Source of the DNA: Chloroflexota bacterium
Lineage (GTDB): Bacteria; Chloroflexota; Limnocylindria; P2-11E
Reading direction: 5' to 3'
Assembly (NCBI GenBank): GCA_028876375.1
Contig: JAGWSB010000003.1
Coordinates: 1 to 58,651 of the forward strand
DNA: 58,651 bases
The stretch's first letter is position 1. Every line of letters starts with the position of its first letter. Shown here in pieces: positions 34,872 to 43,727 of this stretch. Under the pieces are notes generated by a model. That model was not told the DNA's origin. It saw nothing but the letters and a program-made list of their open reading frames with translations, and searched no databases. A program made the translations under genes and the position numbers.

Positions 34872-36179
34872 TTACCGTCCCGTCGGGGTCGGCTGCGAGG
34901 CGATCCTGACGAACCGCTTCGCCTTGAGCTCGAAGCGCGGGAGCGAGCCGGGCTCGGCGAGCGTGACGTCGCAGCGGATGCCGAGCGAGCGGTGGAGGGC
35001 ATCGGCGACGCCGTCGCGGATGCCGCCGGCGACGCCGGGCTGCGGCTCGACGATGACGCGCAGCTCGACCATGCCGCGCTGGTCGAAGGCCTCGACCCGG
35101 TACTCGGCGATGCCGTCGAGGCCGCGCACGATGCTCTCGATCGCCGACGGGAACACGTTGACCCCGCGCACGATGACCATGTCGTCCGCGCGCGCGACGA
35201 TCCCCCCGTCGAGCTTCGCCCACGTCCGCCCGCAGGCGCAGCCGTCGCGCACGAGCTTCACCCGGTCGCCGGTGCGGTAGCGGATCACCGGCCAGCCCCA
35301 GCGGCCGAGGTTGGTGAGCACGAGCTCGCCCTCGCCGTCCTCGGCGACCTCCCCGCTCGCGGGATCGAGGACCTCGGCGATGAACTCGCGTTCGACCAGG
35401 TGCACGCCGTCGCGCGCCTCGCAGGAGAACCCGGTCGGGCCGACCTCCGTCGCGCCGGTGTGGTCGACGGCGACGACGCCGAGGCCCGCCTCGATGCGCT
35501 CGCGGGTGGAGGGGATCGACGCCCCCGGCTCGCCGGCGTGGATCGAGACGCGCAGCGCCGAGCTCGCGAGGTCGACCTTCTCCTCACGCGCGACCTCGGC
35601 GAGACGGAGGGCGTACGTCGGCGTCGAGAGGAGCACGGTCGCGCCGGAGGCGACGATGCTCTGCAGACGCTCCGGCGTGCTCTGCGCGGCGCCCGAGACG
35701 CAGAGCGCGCCGAGGCGCTCGGCTCCGGCGAACGCGGACCAGAAGCCGATGAACGGGCCGAACGAGAAGGCGAAGAAGACGCGGTCGTCGGGCCGCACCC
35801 CGGCCGCGCCGTAGACGAAGTCGGCCCAGATCTCGGCCCACCAGGCCCACGACTCGGCCGTGTCGAGGATCCGCAGCGGCCGGCCCGTCGTCCCGCTCGT
35901 CTGGTGCATCCGCACGTACCGCTCGAGCGGATACGTCAGGTTGCGCCCCCACGGGCCGTGCGCCGCCTGGTCGGCCGACAGCTCCGTCTTCGTCGTGAAC
36001 GGCAGGCCGGCCCAGCCCGCGACGAGCTGCTCCGGCCGCGTCACGCCCGCGGCGGCGAGCTTCTCCCTATAGAAGGTGTTGCCGGCGAGGACGTCCGCCG
36101 CCATGGCGCGGAGCCGCGTCCGCTGCGCCTCGCGCCGCTCGACCTCCGTCCAGGCCTGGACGTTCCCGATCGCGCCCAC
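34872..36179 (-). CDS. Phenylacetate-CoA ligase family (PaaK-like) protein
   Basis: LPFTTK, HQTSGTTGRP, HAGEPG, GATEVG, GELVLTNL, IRYRTGD, RADDMVIVRGVNVFPSAIE; substrate not assignable. Confidence 0.88.
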   Translation of the reverse strand: MGAIGNVQAWTEVERREAQRTRLRAMAADVLAGNTFYREKLAAAGVTRPEQLVAGWAGLPFTTKTELSADQAAHGPWGRNLTYPLERYVRMHQTSGTTGRPLRILDTAESWAWWAEIWADFVYGAAGVRPDDRVFFAFSFGPFIGFWSAFAGAERLGALCVSGAAQSTPERLQSIVASGATVLLSTPTYALRLAEVAREEKVDLASSALRVSIHAGEPGASIPSTRERIEAGLGVVAVDHTGATEVGPTGFSCEARDGVHLVEREFIAEVLDPASGEVAEDGEGELVLTNLGRWGWPVIRYRTGDRVKLVRDGCACGRTWAKLDGGIVARADDMVIVRGVNVFPSAIESIVRGLDGIAEYRVEAFDQRGMVELRVIVEPQPGVAGGIRDGVADALHRSLGIRCDVTLAEPGSLPRFELKAKRFVRIASQPTPTGR

Positions 36180-36211
36180 ATTCCCTCCGCGCCAAGGCTA
36201 TCGTGCCGATC

Positions 36212-37228
36212 GTGCTGAAGATCGACGCCTTCCCCCACATCCTGCCGCGGAAGCTTTACGAAAAGATGTTCGAACACGCGACCGGCGAGGCGCTGAACAT
36301 GAAGAAGCGCACCGCCGGGATCCCCGTCCTGTGGGACCTCGACGCGCGCTTCCGGGTCATGGAGCGCTTCGGCCCGGATTACCGCCAGATCCTCACCATC
36401 GCCTCCCCGCCCATCGAGACGCTCGGCACGCCGGCGGTCGCCCGCGACCTCGCGAAGCTCGCCAACGAGGAGATGGCCGAGCTCTGCCGCGCGCACCCCG
36501 ACCGCTTCATCGGCTTCTCCGCGTCGCTCGCGATGAACGACCCCGACGCGGCCGTGGCCGAGGCGCGTCGCGCCGTCACCCAGCTGGGCGCTCTCGGCGT
36601 GCAGATCTTCACCAACGTCAACGGGCTCCCGCTCGACGACGCGCGCTTCGCGCCGCTCTTCGCCGCGATGGCCGAGCTCGACAAGCCCATCTGGGTCCAT
36701 CCCGCGCGCGCCTCCAGCTTCCCCGACTACCTGACGGAGCAGCGGTCGAAGTTCGAGATGTGGTGGGTCTTCGGCTGGCCCTACGAGACCGCGGTGTTCA
36801 TGTCGCGCCTCATCTTCGGCGGCGTCCTCGACCGGCACCCGCGCCTGCGGATCCTCACGCACCACGCGGGCGGGATGGTGCCCCACTTCGCCGGACGCAT
36901 CGGCCCCGGGCTGGACCAGCTGGGCGCGCGCACGCCGGACGAGGACCTGACGAAGGTCGGCCGCGCGCTCACGAAGCGGCCGTACGACTACTACCGGATG
37001 TTCTACGGCGACACCGCGCTCTTCGGCGCGGAGCACGCGCTCCGCTGCGCCGTCGAGTTCTTCGGCGTCGAGCACCTGCTCTTCGGCAGCGACATGCCGT
37101 TCGATCCCGAGAAGGGCCCCGGCTTCATCCGCGACACGATCGCCAACATCGAGGCGCTCGACCTGGCGCCCGCGCAGCGCGAGGCGCTCTACGAGGGCAA
37201 CGCGCGCACCATCCTCGGCGTCCGGTGA
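36212..37228 (+). CDS. Amidohydrolase_2 family protein (ACMSD/decarboxylase-like)
   Basis: IDAFPHILP, LAKLANEEMA, PIWVHPAR, WPYET, THHAGGMVP, FGSDMPF; TATCGT box 7 nt before GTG 36212 (ORF track start 36203). Confidence 0.88.
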   Translation: MLKIDAFPHILPRKLYEKMFEHATGEALNMKKRTAGIPVLWDLDARFRVMERFGPDYRQILTIASPPIETLGTPAVARDLAKLANEEMAELCRAHPDRFIGFSASLAMNDPDAAVAEARRAVTQLGALGVQIFTNVNGLPLDDARFAPLFAAMAELDKPIWVHPARASSFPDYLTEQRSKFEMWWVFGWPYETAVFMSRLIFGGVLDRHPRLRILTHHAGGMVPHFAGRIGPGLDQLGARTPDEDLTKVGRALTKRPYDYYRMFYGDTALFGAEHALRCAVEFFGVEHLLFGSDMPFDPEKGPGFIRDTIANIEALDLAPAQREALYEGNARTILGVR

Positions 37229-37259
37229 GCTGATCCAGAGCCGTATCGACACGGCGCGC

Positions 37260-37604
37260 GTGGACGCGTGGCTCTGGGCCGTCCGCATCTTCCCGTCGCG
37301 GTCCGCGGCGACGGCCGCCTGTCGCGGAGGCAAGGTCCGCGTCAACGGCCGCGCGGCCAAGGCCGCGACGCCGGTCTCTGCCGGCGATCGGATCGAGGCG
37401 TTCGTCGGCCGCGAGCGCGTCCTCGAGGTCGCGACCGTCATCGAGAAGCGCGTCGGTGCCGCCGCCGCGGCGACGTGCTTCGTCGACCACAGCCCGCCCG
37501 CGCCCGTCGTGAAGCGCGACGCGTCGGTGCTACGTCGCGAGCGCGGCGCGGGCCGGCCGACGAAGCGCGAGCGGCGCGACCTCGATCGCCTTCGCCGCCG
37601 GTAG
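37260..37604 (+). CDS. S4-domain RNA-binding protein (Hsp15/HslR-like)
   Basis: DAWLWAVRIFPSRSAATAACRGGKVRVNG, KRVGA, GRPTKRERRDLDR. Confidence 0.88.
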   Translation: MDAWLWAVRIFPSRSAATAACRGGKVRVNGRAAKAATPVSAGDRIEAFVGRERVLEVATVIEKRVGAAAAATCFVDHSPPAPVVKRDASVLRRERGAGRPTKRERRDLDRLRRR

Positions 37605-37609
37605 CCTCG

Positions 37610-37849
37610 TCAGCGCGTCCCGCGGCAGACGTAGACGCAGTTCTGCAGGCGCGCCGCGTCGTGCATCGTGACCTCGGCGAAGCCCGCCTCGCGCAGCGCC
37701 TGCTGCGTCCGTTCGGTCCCCCACATGATCCCCAGCCCGAGGCCGTCCTCGGCCAGCGAGACCGGCATGCAGTGGAGAAGGCTGATGCCGTAATAGAGCG
37801 AGGCGAAGGGGTCGCCGATGTTCCGCTCGAGCTCGCTCGAGAACTTGGG
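37610..37849 (-). pseudogene. C-terminal remnant of a class I SAM methyltransferase (Rv2258c-like)
   Basis: Manual translation PKFSSELERNIGDPFASLYYGISLLHCMPVSLAEDGLGLGIMWGTERTQQALREAGFAEVTMHDAARLQNCVYVCRGTR*; no SAM-binding N-terminus and no room for it before the ABC permease stop. Confidence 0.65.
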
Positions 37850-37894
37850 CGATGTCGAGAGGCGAGGGGGATGTCGATGCCATCCGAGAAGAAG

Positions 37895-38716
37895 CTAGAC
37901 GGCGCGAGCACCGCGCCAGGGGATGAGCCAGCGCTGCAGCTCGTCGAGGATGAGGAACGAGACGTAGCCGATCACGGACATGACGATGAGCCCGGCGTAC
38001 ATCTTCTCCACCTGGAACGTCTGGTACATGTTGTTGATGAAGTAGCCGAGGCCCGACTGCGAGGCGAACATCTCGCCGACGACGATGAGGATGAGGGCGA
38101 TCCCCCACGCCAGACGGATGCCGGTGAAGACGAGCGGCAGCGCGCCGGGGAGCGCGATCGTCCAGAACGCCTGCAGCCGGCCGGCGCCGAAGTTGCGGCC
38201 GACGTCGAGGTACACGGGCTCGATGCTGAGGACGCCGGCGATGGTGTTGAGCAGGACGAGAAAGAAGACGCCGCTCGCGACGATCGCGTACTTCGAAGGC
38301 TCGCCGATGCCGAAGATGAGGAGGAGCAGCGGCAAGATCGCGCTCTTGGGGATCGGATAGAGCGCGCCGACCATCGGGTTGAGCGCGGCGCGCACGATGC
38401 GCGACATGCCCATGACGAGGCCGAGCACCACGCCCGGCACGGCCCCGATGAGGAAGCCGATGACCACGCGGCCGAGGCTGATGCGCGTCTGGTCGAGGAG
38501 CTCCCCCGATGCGATGAGCTTGGCGAACGTGCCGGCGATCGCGCTCGGCGGCGGAAAGAAGCGCACGTCGACGAGGCCGAGGCGGCCGAGCGCTTCCCAG
38601 AGGACCAGCAGGAGGATGGGCGACCCCACGGAGATGAGCCGCTCGGCGGCGACGCCGCCCATCCGCGCCGGCCCGAGCCGGCGCTGCGAGCGCGCCGTCT
38701 GGACCTTGACGGTCAC
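37895..38716 (-). CDS. NitT/TauT family ABC transporter permease
   Basis: FFPPPSAI, LYPIPKSAILPL, ALPGALPLVFTGIRLAWG, SGLGYFI. Confidence 0.92.
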   Translation of the reverse strand: MTVKVQTARSQRRLGPARMGGVAAERLISVGSPILLLVLWEALGRLGLVDVRFFPPPSAIAGTFAKLIASGELLDQTRISLGRVVIGFLIGAVPGVVLGLVMGMSRIVRAALNPMVGALYPIPKSAILPLLLLIFGIGEPSKYAIVASGVFFLVLLNTIAGVLSIEPVYLDVGRNFGAGRLQAFWTIALPGALPLVFTGIRLAWGIALILIVVGEMFASQSGLGYFINNMYQTFQVEKMYAGLIVMSVIGYVSFLILDELQRWLIPWRGARAV

Positions 38717-39510
38717 GACGCCGCGCCCAAGGCGCCGTAGCCCGCGAGGACCTCGCGGCGCAGCGGCTCCCAGACCTTCGCGACGAGCTCGGAGAACTCC
38801 GGCGTCGACTTGAGGTCGTACACCGAACGCGGCCGCGGCAGCGTGACGGCGATCTCGGCCTTCACGCGGCCCGGGCGGGCGGACATGACGATGACGCGGT
38901 CGCCGAGGACGAGCGCCTCGTCGATCGAATGCGTGATGTACACGACGGTCTTGCGGTCGCTCTCCCACACGCGGAGGAGCTCCTCCTGCAGGAGCGCTCG
39001 CGTCTGCTCGTCGACGCTGGCGAACGGCTCGTCCATGATCAGGATCTCCGGGTCGGTCGCGAACGCGCGGGCGACGCTCGCGCGCTGCTTCATCCCGCCC
39101 GACATCTGGTGCGGATAGGCGCGCGCGAAGTGCGCGAGCCCGACCTTCTCGAGGTAGTGGTCGACGACGCGCTTGCGCACGCTCGCGTGCACGCCGCGCA
39201 TGCGGAGGCCGTAGCCGACGTTCTCCTCGACGGTCATCCACGGGAAGATGCTCTGCTCCTGGAAGACCATCGCGGTGAGCGGCTTCGCCGGATCGCGCAC
39301 CTCGACGTGGAGCTCGCCCGCCGTCTGGCGCTCGAGACCGGCGAGGATGCGGATGAACGTGCTCTTCCCGCAGCCGCTCGGCCCGACGATGCAGCAGAAC
39401 TCGCGGTCGCGGACCTGAAGGTTCACGTCGTCGAGCGCGACGAGGTCCGCGCCGCGCAGCGAGAACCGCATGCCGAGGTGGCGCGCGGCGACGCGGACCC
39501 CGTCGTTCAC
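38713..39510 (-). CDS. NitT/TauT family ABC transporter ATPase
   Basis: GPSGCGKST, MSGGMKQR, ILIMDEPF, YITHSIDEA. Confidence 0.94.
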   Translation of the reverse strand: MNDGVRVAARHLGMRFSLRGADLVALDDVNLQVRDREFCCIVGPSGCGKSTFIRILAGLERQTAGELHVEVRDPAKPLTAMVFQEQSIFPWMTVEENVGYGLRMRGVHASVRKRVVDHYLEKVGLAHFARAYPHQMSGGMKQRASVARAFATDPEILIMDEPFASVDEQTRALLQEELLRVWESDRKTVVYITHSIDEALVLGDRVIVMSARPGRVKAEIAVTLPRPRSVYDLKSTPEFSELVAKVWEPLRREVLAGYGALGAAS

Positions 39511-39520
39511 GACGCTCGGG

Positions 39521-40594
39521 TCACTGGTACGCGCCGATCTCCTTCACCGCCTCGACCGCGAAGGACGCGTCGACGACCTTGCTCATGTCGAGCGCCTTCT
39601 CCTGCGATCCCTTCTGCACGAAGTACTGCTGCCCGGCGTCGAGGCTCGCGACGCTCACCTTGCCGTTGGGGTCGATCCACGGGAAGCGCATCTTGTCGAA
39701 CAGCGCGGCCGGGAGCTTGGTGTCCTTCGAGAGGATGGCGACCGCGTCCTTGAACTTCGCGGGGTCCTTCTTGTCGAAGGCGTCGGTGTACAGGCGCGCG
39801 CCCTTCAGGTACGCGCGCATGAAGCGGACCGCGACGTCCTTGTTCTGCGCCAGCTTCTCCGAGTACAGGATGACCGCCGTCTGCTCGCCGGGGACGACCT
39901 TGTCGGTCCAGGTGATGACGTCGCCGATGTTCGCGCTGATGATGTTCGTCGCGAACGGCTCGATGGGCACCGCGACGTCGACGGACCCGTTCGCGAGCGC
40001 GGCCTGCATGTCGGGGAACTTCAGCGGCACGACGGTGACGTCCTTGACGGTGAGGCCCCCGGTCTTGAGGAACTCGTTGAGCGAGTACTCGGGGACGATG
40101 TCGCGGGCGGCGATGGAGATCTTGAGGCCCTTCATGTCCTTCGCCGACTTCACCTTGTCGGCCAGGGCCTTGCGCACGACGACGGCCTCGTATCCGTGAC
40201 CCGGCGTAAGGCTGCCCTTGTCCGCGACGATGCGCATCTGCACGCCGTGGAGGATGGCGTTGTAGAGGCCCGCGCTCGGCGCGCCGCCCCCGGCGTCGAG
40301 CTCGCCGGTCCCGAGCAGCGGCACCATGTTCGCGGCGGTCTGGAACGTCTGCGTCTCGAGCGTGATCCCCTCTTCCTTGAAGTAGCCCTTGTCGATCGCG
40401 AGGTAGATCGCGCCGTCCGAGACGCCGCCGATCTGACCGAACTTGATGGTCACGGGCGCGGGCGCCGCCGACGCCTTCGCCGACGCGCCCGCGGCCGCGC
40501 TCGGCGCGGACGAGGCGGCCGGTGAGGGCGCCGCCGCGGGTGCGCACGCCGCCGCGACGATCGCCGTGACGAAGACAGCCACCAGGGTCTTCAT
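39521..40594 (-). CDS. NitT/TauT (SsuA/THI5-like) substrate-binding lipoprotein
   Basis: Lipobox IVAAAC, YLAIDKGYFKEEGI, GSVDVAVPIEPF. Confidence 0.88.
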   Translation of the reverse strand: MKTLVAVFVTAIVAAACAPAAAPSPAASSAPSAAAGASAKASAAPAPVTIKFGQIGGVSDGAIYLAIDKGYFKEEGITLETQTFQTAANMVPLLGTGELDAGGGAPSAGLYNAILHGVQMRIVADKGSLTPGHGYEAVVVRKALADKVKSAKDMKGLKISIAARDIVPEYSLNEFLKTGGLTVKDVTVVPLKFPDMQAALANGSVDVAVPIEPFATNIISANIGDVITWTDKVVPGEQTAVILYSEKLAQNKDVAVRFMRAYLKGARLYTDAFDKKDPAKFKDAVAILSKDTKLPAALFDKMRFPWIDPNGKVSVASLDAGQQYFVQKGSQEKALDMSKVVDASFAVEAVKEIGAYQ

Positions 40595-40656
40595 GCCGAT
40601 CCCCTCCAGCGCTCGGATGCGGCGATAGTACGGCCGTCCTGACGTAGGATCGCCCG

Positions 40657-41838
40657 ATGCGGCGGAGCACCGATCGGATCATCACGACCCACGTCGGCAG
40701 CCTCATCCGCCCGCCCGACCTGCTCGACGCCCTGCGCGCGCATCAGCGGGGCGCGGCGTCCGTCGACTGGGACGAGACCGTGCGGCGCGCCGTCGCGGAC
40801 GTCGTCCGGCGCCAGCTCGACGCGGGCATCGACGTGCCGAACGACGGCGAGTACTCCAAGACCGGATTCACCGCCTACCTGGACGAGCGGCTGGCGGGGT
40901 TCGAGATGCGCCCGCCGCCGCCGGGCCAGAGCCGCGTGCTGAACGTCGGCCGTGACCGCCGCGCCTTCGCCGACTTCTATAAGGAGTACGACGCGCAGGA
41001 GGGGCAGCCGGAGGCCGGCGCTCTCGCCGCCACCTGCGTCGCGCCCGTCCGCTACCGCGGCGGCGACGCCCTCCGGCGCGACCTCGCGGCGCTCCGCGAC
41101 GCCACGCGCGCCGCGGGCGTCGAGGAGGCGTTCGTCCCCGCGGCCGCGCCCGGCACGATCGAGCTTCAGCGGCCGAACGCTTTCTACCCCTCCGAGGACG
41201 CGTACCTGGACGCCATCGCCGACGCCATGAGCGAGGAGTACCGCGCCATCGTCGAGGCCGGCTTCGTTCTGCAGGTGGACGACCCGCGCGTCGTGGTGCA
41301 GTTCGACCTGCAGGATCCGGCGCCGACCGTCGACGAGTACCGCGCCTTCGCCGAGCGGAGGATCGACGCGCTCGACCGCGCGCTGGCCGGCCTGCCCGAG
41401 GACCGCATCCGCTACCACCTCTGCTGGGGCAGCTGGCACGGGCCGCACACGACGGACATCCCGCTCGCGGACATCGTCGACCTCGTGCTGCGCGTGCGCG
41501 CGCAGGCCGTCTCCATCGAGTCGGCCAACCCGCGCCACGCGCACGAGTGGACCGTGTGGGAGACGACGAAGCTGCCGCCGGGCAAGATCCTCATCCCCGG
41601 CGTCATCTCGCACAACACCAACGCGGTCGAGCACCCCGAGCTCGTCGCGCAGCGCATCCTGACCTTCGCGCGCCTCGTCGGGCGCGAGAACGTCATCGCC
41701 GGCGCCGACTGCGGCTTCGCCCAGGGCGCGTTCTACCGCCGCGTGCACCCGTCGATCATGTGGGCGAAGCTCCGGGCGCTTGCCGAGGGCGCGCGGATCG
41801 CGAGCGAGCGCCTGTGGCCCGCGCGCGTCCCGGCCTGA
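40657..41838 (+). CDS. Cobalamin-independent methionine synthase II-like (single-barrel MetE fold) protein
   Basis: TTHVGSL, QLDAGIDVPNDGE, LQVDDP, HLCWG, ESANPRH, DCGF Zn ligands. Confidence 0.88.
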   Translation: MRRSTDRIITTHVGSLIRPPDLLDALRAHQRGAASVDWDETVRRAVADVVRRQLDAGIDVPNDGEYSKTGFTAYLDERLAGFEMRPPPPGQSRVLNVGRDRRAFADFYKEYDAQEGQPEAGALAATCVAPVRYRGGDALRRDLAALRDATRAAGVEEAFVPAAAPGTIELQRPNAFYPSEDAYLDAIADAMSEEYRAIVEAGFVLQVDDPRVVVQFDLQDPAPTVDEYRAFAERRIDALDRALAGLPEDRIRYHLCWGSWHGPHTTDIPLADIVDLVLRVRAQAVSIESANPRHAHEWTVWETTKLPPGKILIPGVISHNTNAVEHPELVAQRILTFARLVGRENVIAGADCGFAQGAFYRRVHPSIMWAKLRALAEGARIASERLWPARVPA

Positions 41839-41840
41839 GC

Positions 41841-42434
41841 GTGGACCGCCTCACGAGCGCGGCGCGCGACGAGCTGCGCGCGCTGGCCGCGCGCTACGGC
41901 GAGCCGGTCCACTTCCGCCGGCGCTTGCGCGGCGTCTCCTTCGACCCCATCACGCGAAGCGACCGCTTCGGCGAGGTCGCGATGGCCATCCGCCGGCCGA
42001 GCGGCACGCTGCTCCTGTCGACCAAGGAGTTCTATCCGCCGGGCGCGTACCGCCTGCCGACGGGCGGCATCTCGCACGGCGAGGGGATCCTCGACGCGCT
42101 GCGGCGCGAGGCACACGAGGAGACCGGGCTCGAGACCGAGGTCCGACGCTTCCTCGCGCGGATCGACTACCTCGCGCCCGCGGGCGCCGATGCGGTGTTC
42201 CACACCTTCGCCTTCCTCCTCGACGAGCGCGGAGGGACGCTCGGCTCGCTCGACCCCGCCGAGCGCATCTCGTCGTACCGCGAGGTGCGCCCCGAAGAGC
42301 TCGAGGAGGTCGCGCGCCGTCTCGAGGCGGCGACCGGTGCGGCGCCCGAGATCGGCGGCGAGTGGGCCGACTGGGGCCGCTTCCGGTCCGTCGTCCACGA
42401 TGCGGTCGCGCGCGCGCTGCGGGAAATAGGCTAG
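41841..42434 (+). CDS. Nudix hydrolase
   Basis: Nudix box LPTGGISHGEGILDALRREAHEETGL; GTG 41841. Confidence 0.88.
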   Translation: MDRLTSAARDELRALAARYGEPVHFRRRLRGVSFDPITRSDRFGEVAMAIRRPSGTLLLSTKEFYPPGAYRLPTGGISHGEGILDALRREAHEETGLETEVRRFLARIDYLAPAGADAVFHTFAFLLDERGGTLGSLDPAERISSYREVRPEELEEVARRLEAATGAAPEIGGEWADWGRFRSVVHDAVARALREIG

Positions 42435-42438
42435 GCAG

Positions 42439-43659
42439 GTGACACGCCGCCCCGATCGCGCCCAGCTCGTGTTCATCTCGGCGACCGTCTTCCTGAGCTT
42501 CATCGGCTTCAGCATCCTCGTGCCGGTCCTGCCCTTCCTCGCCCAGGAGTACGTCAGCGGCAGCGATGCCATCGCCCTCGTCACCGGTCTCCTGCTCTCG
42601 TCGTACGCGCTGTTCTCGTTCCTCGCGGCGCCGGCGCTCGGCGCCGTCAGCGACCGCTGGGGGCGCCGCCCCGTCCTCCTCGTGAGCCTGGCCGGCTCGG
42701 TCGTCGGCTATCTGCTCCTGGGGATCGGCGGCGCGCTGTGGGTCCTCTTCCTCGGACGGGTCATCGACGGCATCACCGGCGGCAACGTGAGCACGGCCTT
42801 CGCGTACATGGCCGACGTCACCGAGCCCGCCGACCGGCCGAAGTACTACGGCCTCCTCGGCGCCGCCGCGGGGCTCGGCTTCATGTTCGGCCCGCCCATC
42901 GGCGGCTTCGCCGCGGCCATCTCCATCTCGGCGCCGCTCTTCTTCGCCGCCGCCATCACGCTGCTCAACCTCGCCTGGGGCTACCTCCTCCTGCCGGAGA
43001 GCCTCGCCCGCGAGCACCGCGTCGAGCGCCTCCGCGCGAGCGAGCTGAACCCGCTGGCTCAGTTCGCGCGGGTCTTCGCGCTGCCGTCGCTGGCGCCGCT
43101 CTTCGGCACCGCGTTCCTCTTCTTCGTCGGCTTCAACGCCATGGAGGGGAACGCGTCGGTGTACCTCAAGGACGTCTTCCACTGGGCGGCGCGGGACATC
43201 GGGACGGTGCTCTTCGTCGCCGGGGCCTTCGCCGCGTTCACGCAGGGCTACCTCGTGCGCAAGCTCGTCCCGCGCCTCGGCGCGGACCGCGTCGCGATGC
43301 TCGGCCTCGCGATCGGCGTCGCCGGCCTGCTCCTCGCCGCGCTCACGGCCGCGGTCGTTTCCACGCCGCTCCTGTACGCGGGGGCGATCCTCTTCATCGT
43401 CGGCGACGGCCTCTATGAGCCGTCGAACAACGGCCTCATCTCCGGCGCCGCGGGGCCGCGGATGCAGGGGCGAGTGCAGGGCGCGAACCAGTCGATGCAG
43501 TCGATCTCCCGCATCCTCGGCCCGCTCCTGGCGAACTGGGTCTACGTCCTCGGATCCGCGCTGCCGTGGCTCACCGAGGCGGCGCTCGTCGCCGCGGGCC
43601 TCGTCGTCCTCGCGGCGGCGCTGCCGTCCGTGCGCGCCGCGATGGCCCGAGCGGCGTAG
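42439..43659 (+). CDS. MFS efflux transporter, TetA/DHA1-like
   Basis: LGAVSDRWGRRPVLL, GRVIDGITGGNVS, GFMFGPPIGG; 12 TM. Confidence 0.9.
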   Translation: MTRRPDRAQLVFISATVFLSFIGFSILVPVLPFLAQEYVSGSDAIALVTGLLLSSYALFSFLAAPALGAVSDRWGRRPVLLVSLAGSVVGYLLLGIGGALWVLFLGRVIDGITGGNVSTAFAYMADVTEPADRPKYYGLLGAAAGLGFMFGPPIGGFAAAISISAPLFFAAAITLLNLAWGYLLLPESLAREHRVERLRASELNPLAQFARVFALPSLAPLFGTAFLFFVGFNAMEGNASVYLKDVFHWAARDIGTVLFVAGAFAAFTQGYLVRKLVPRLGADRVAMLGLAIGVAGLLLAALTAAVVSTPLLYAGAILFIVGDGLYEPSNNGLISGAAGPRMQGRVQGANQSMQSISRILGPLLANWVYVLGSALPWLTEAALVAAGLVVLAAALPSVRAAMARAA

Positions 43660-43727
43660 AGCGCGCGCGCCGGCGTGGTCCGCGGCGCGCACGCCGCGAC
43701 GGCAGCGACCCCTACGATGTGAGGCGC

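Noticed and set aside
34562-34909. 115-aa ORF with LEDVDLRAVSGG resembling a double-glycine RiPP leader and a KWHH..DDRP.PDAD peptide shared with ORF 1775-2749
   Set aside because: The shared peptide is the translation of the DNA palindrome, whose differences are non-synonymous but structure-preserving; no SD, peptidase-ABC exporter or modifying enzyme nearby
42439-43659. TetA-like MFS as an acquired tetracycline resistance gene
   Set aside because: Only family-level motifs, host-like composition, no adjacent tetR or mobile element
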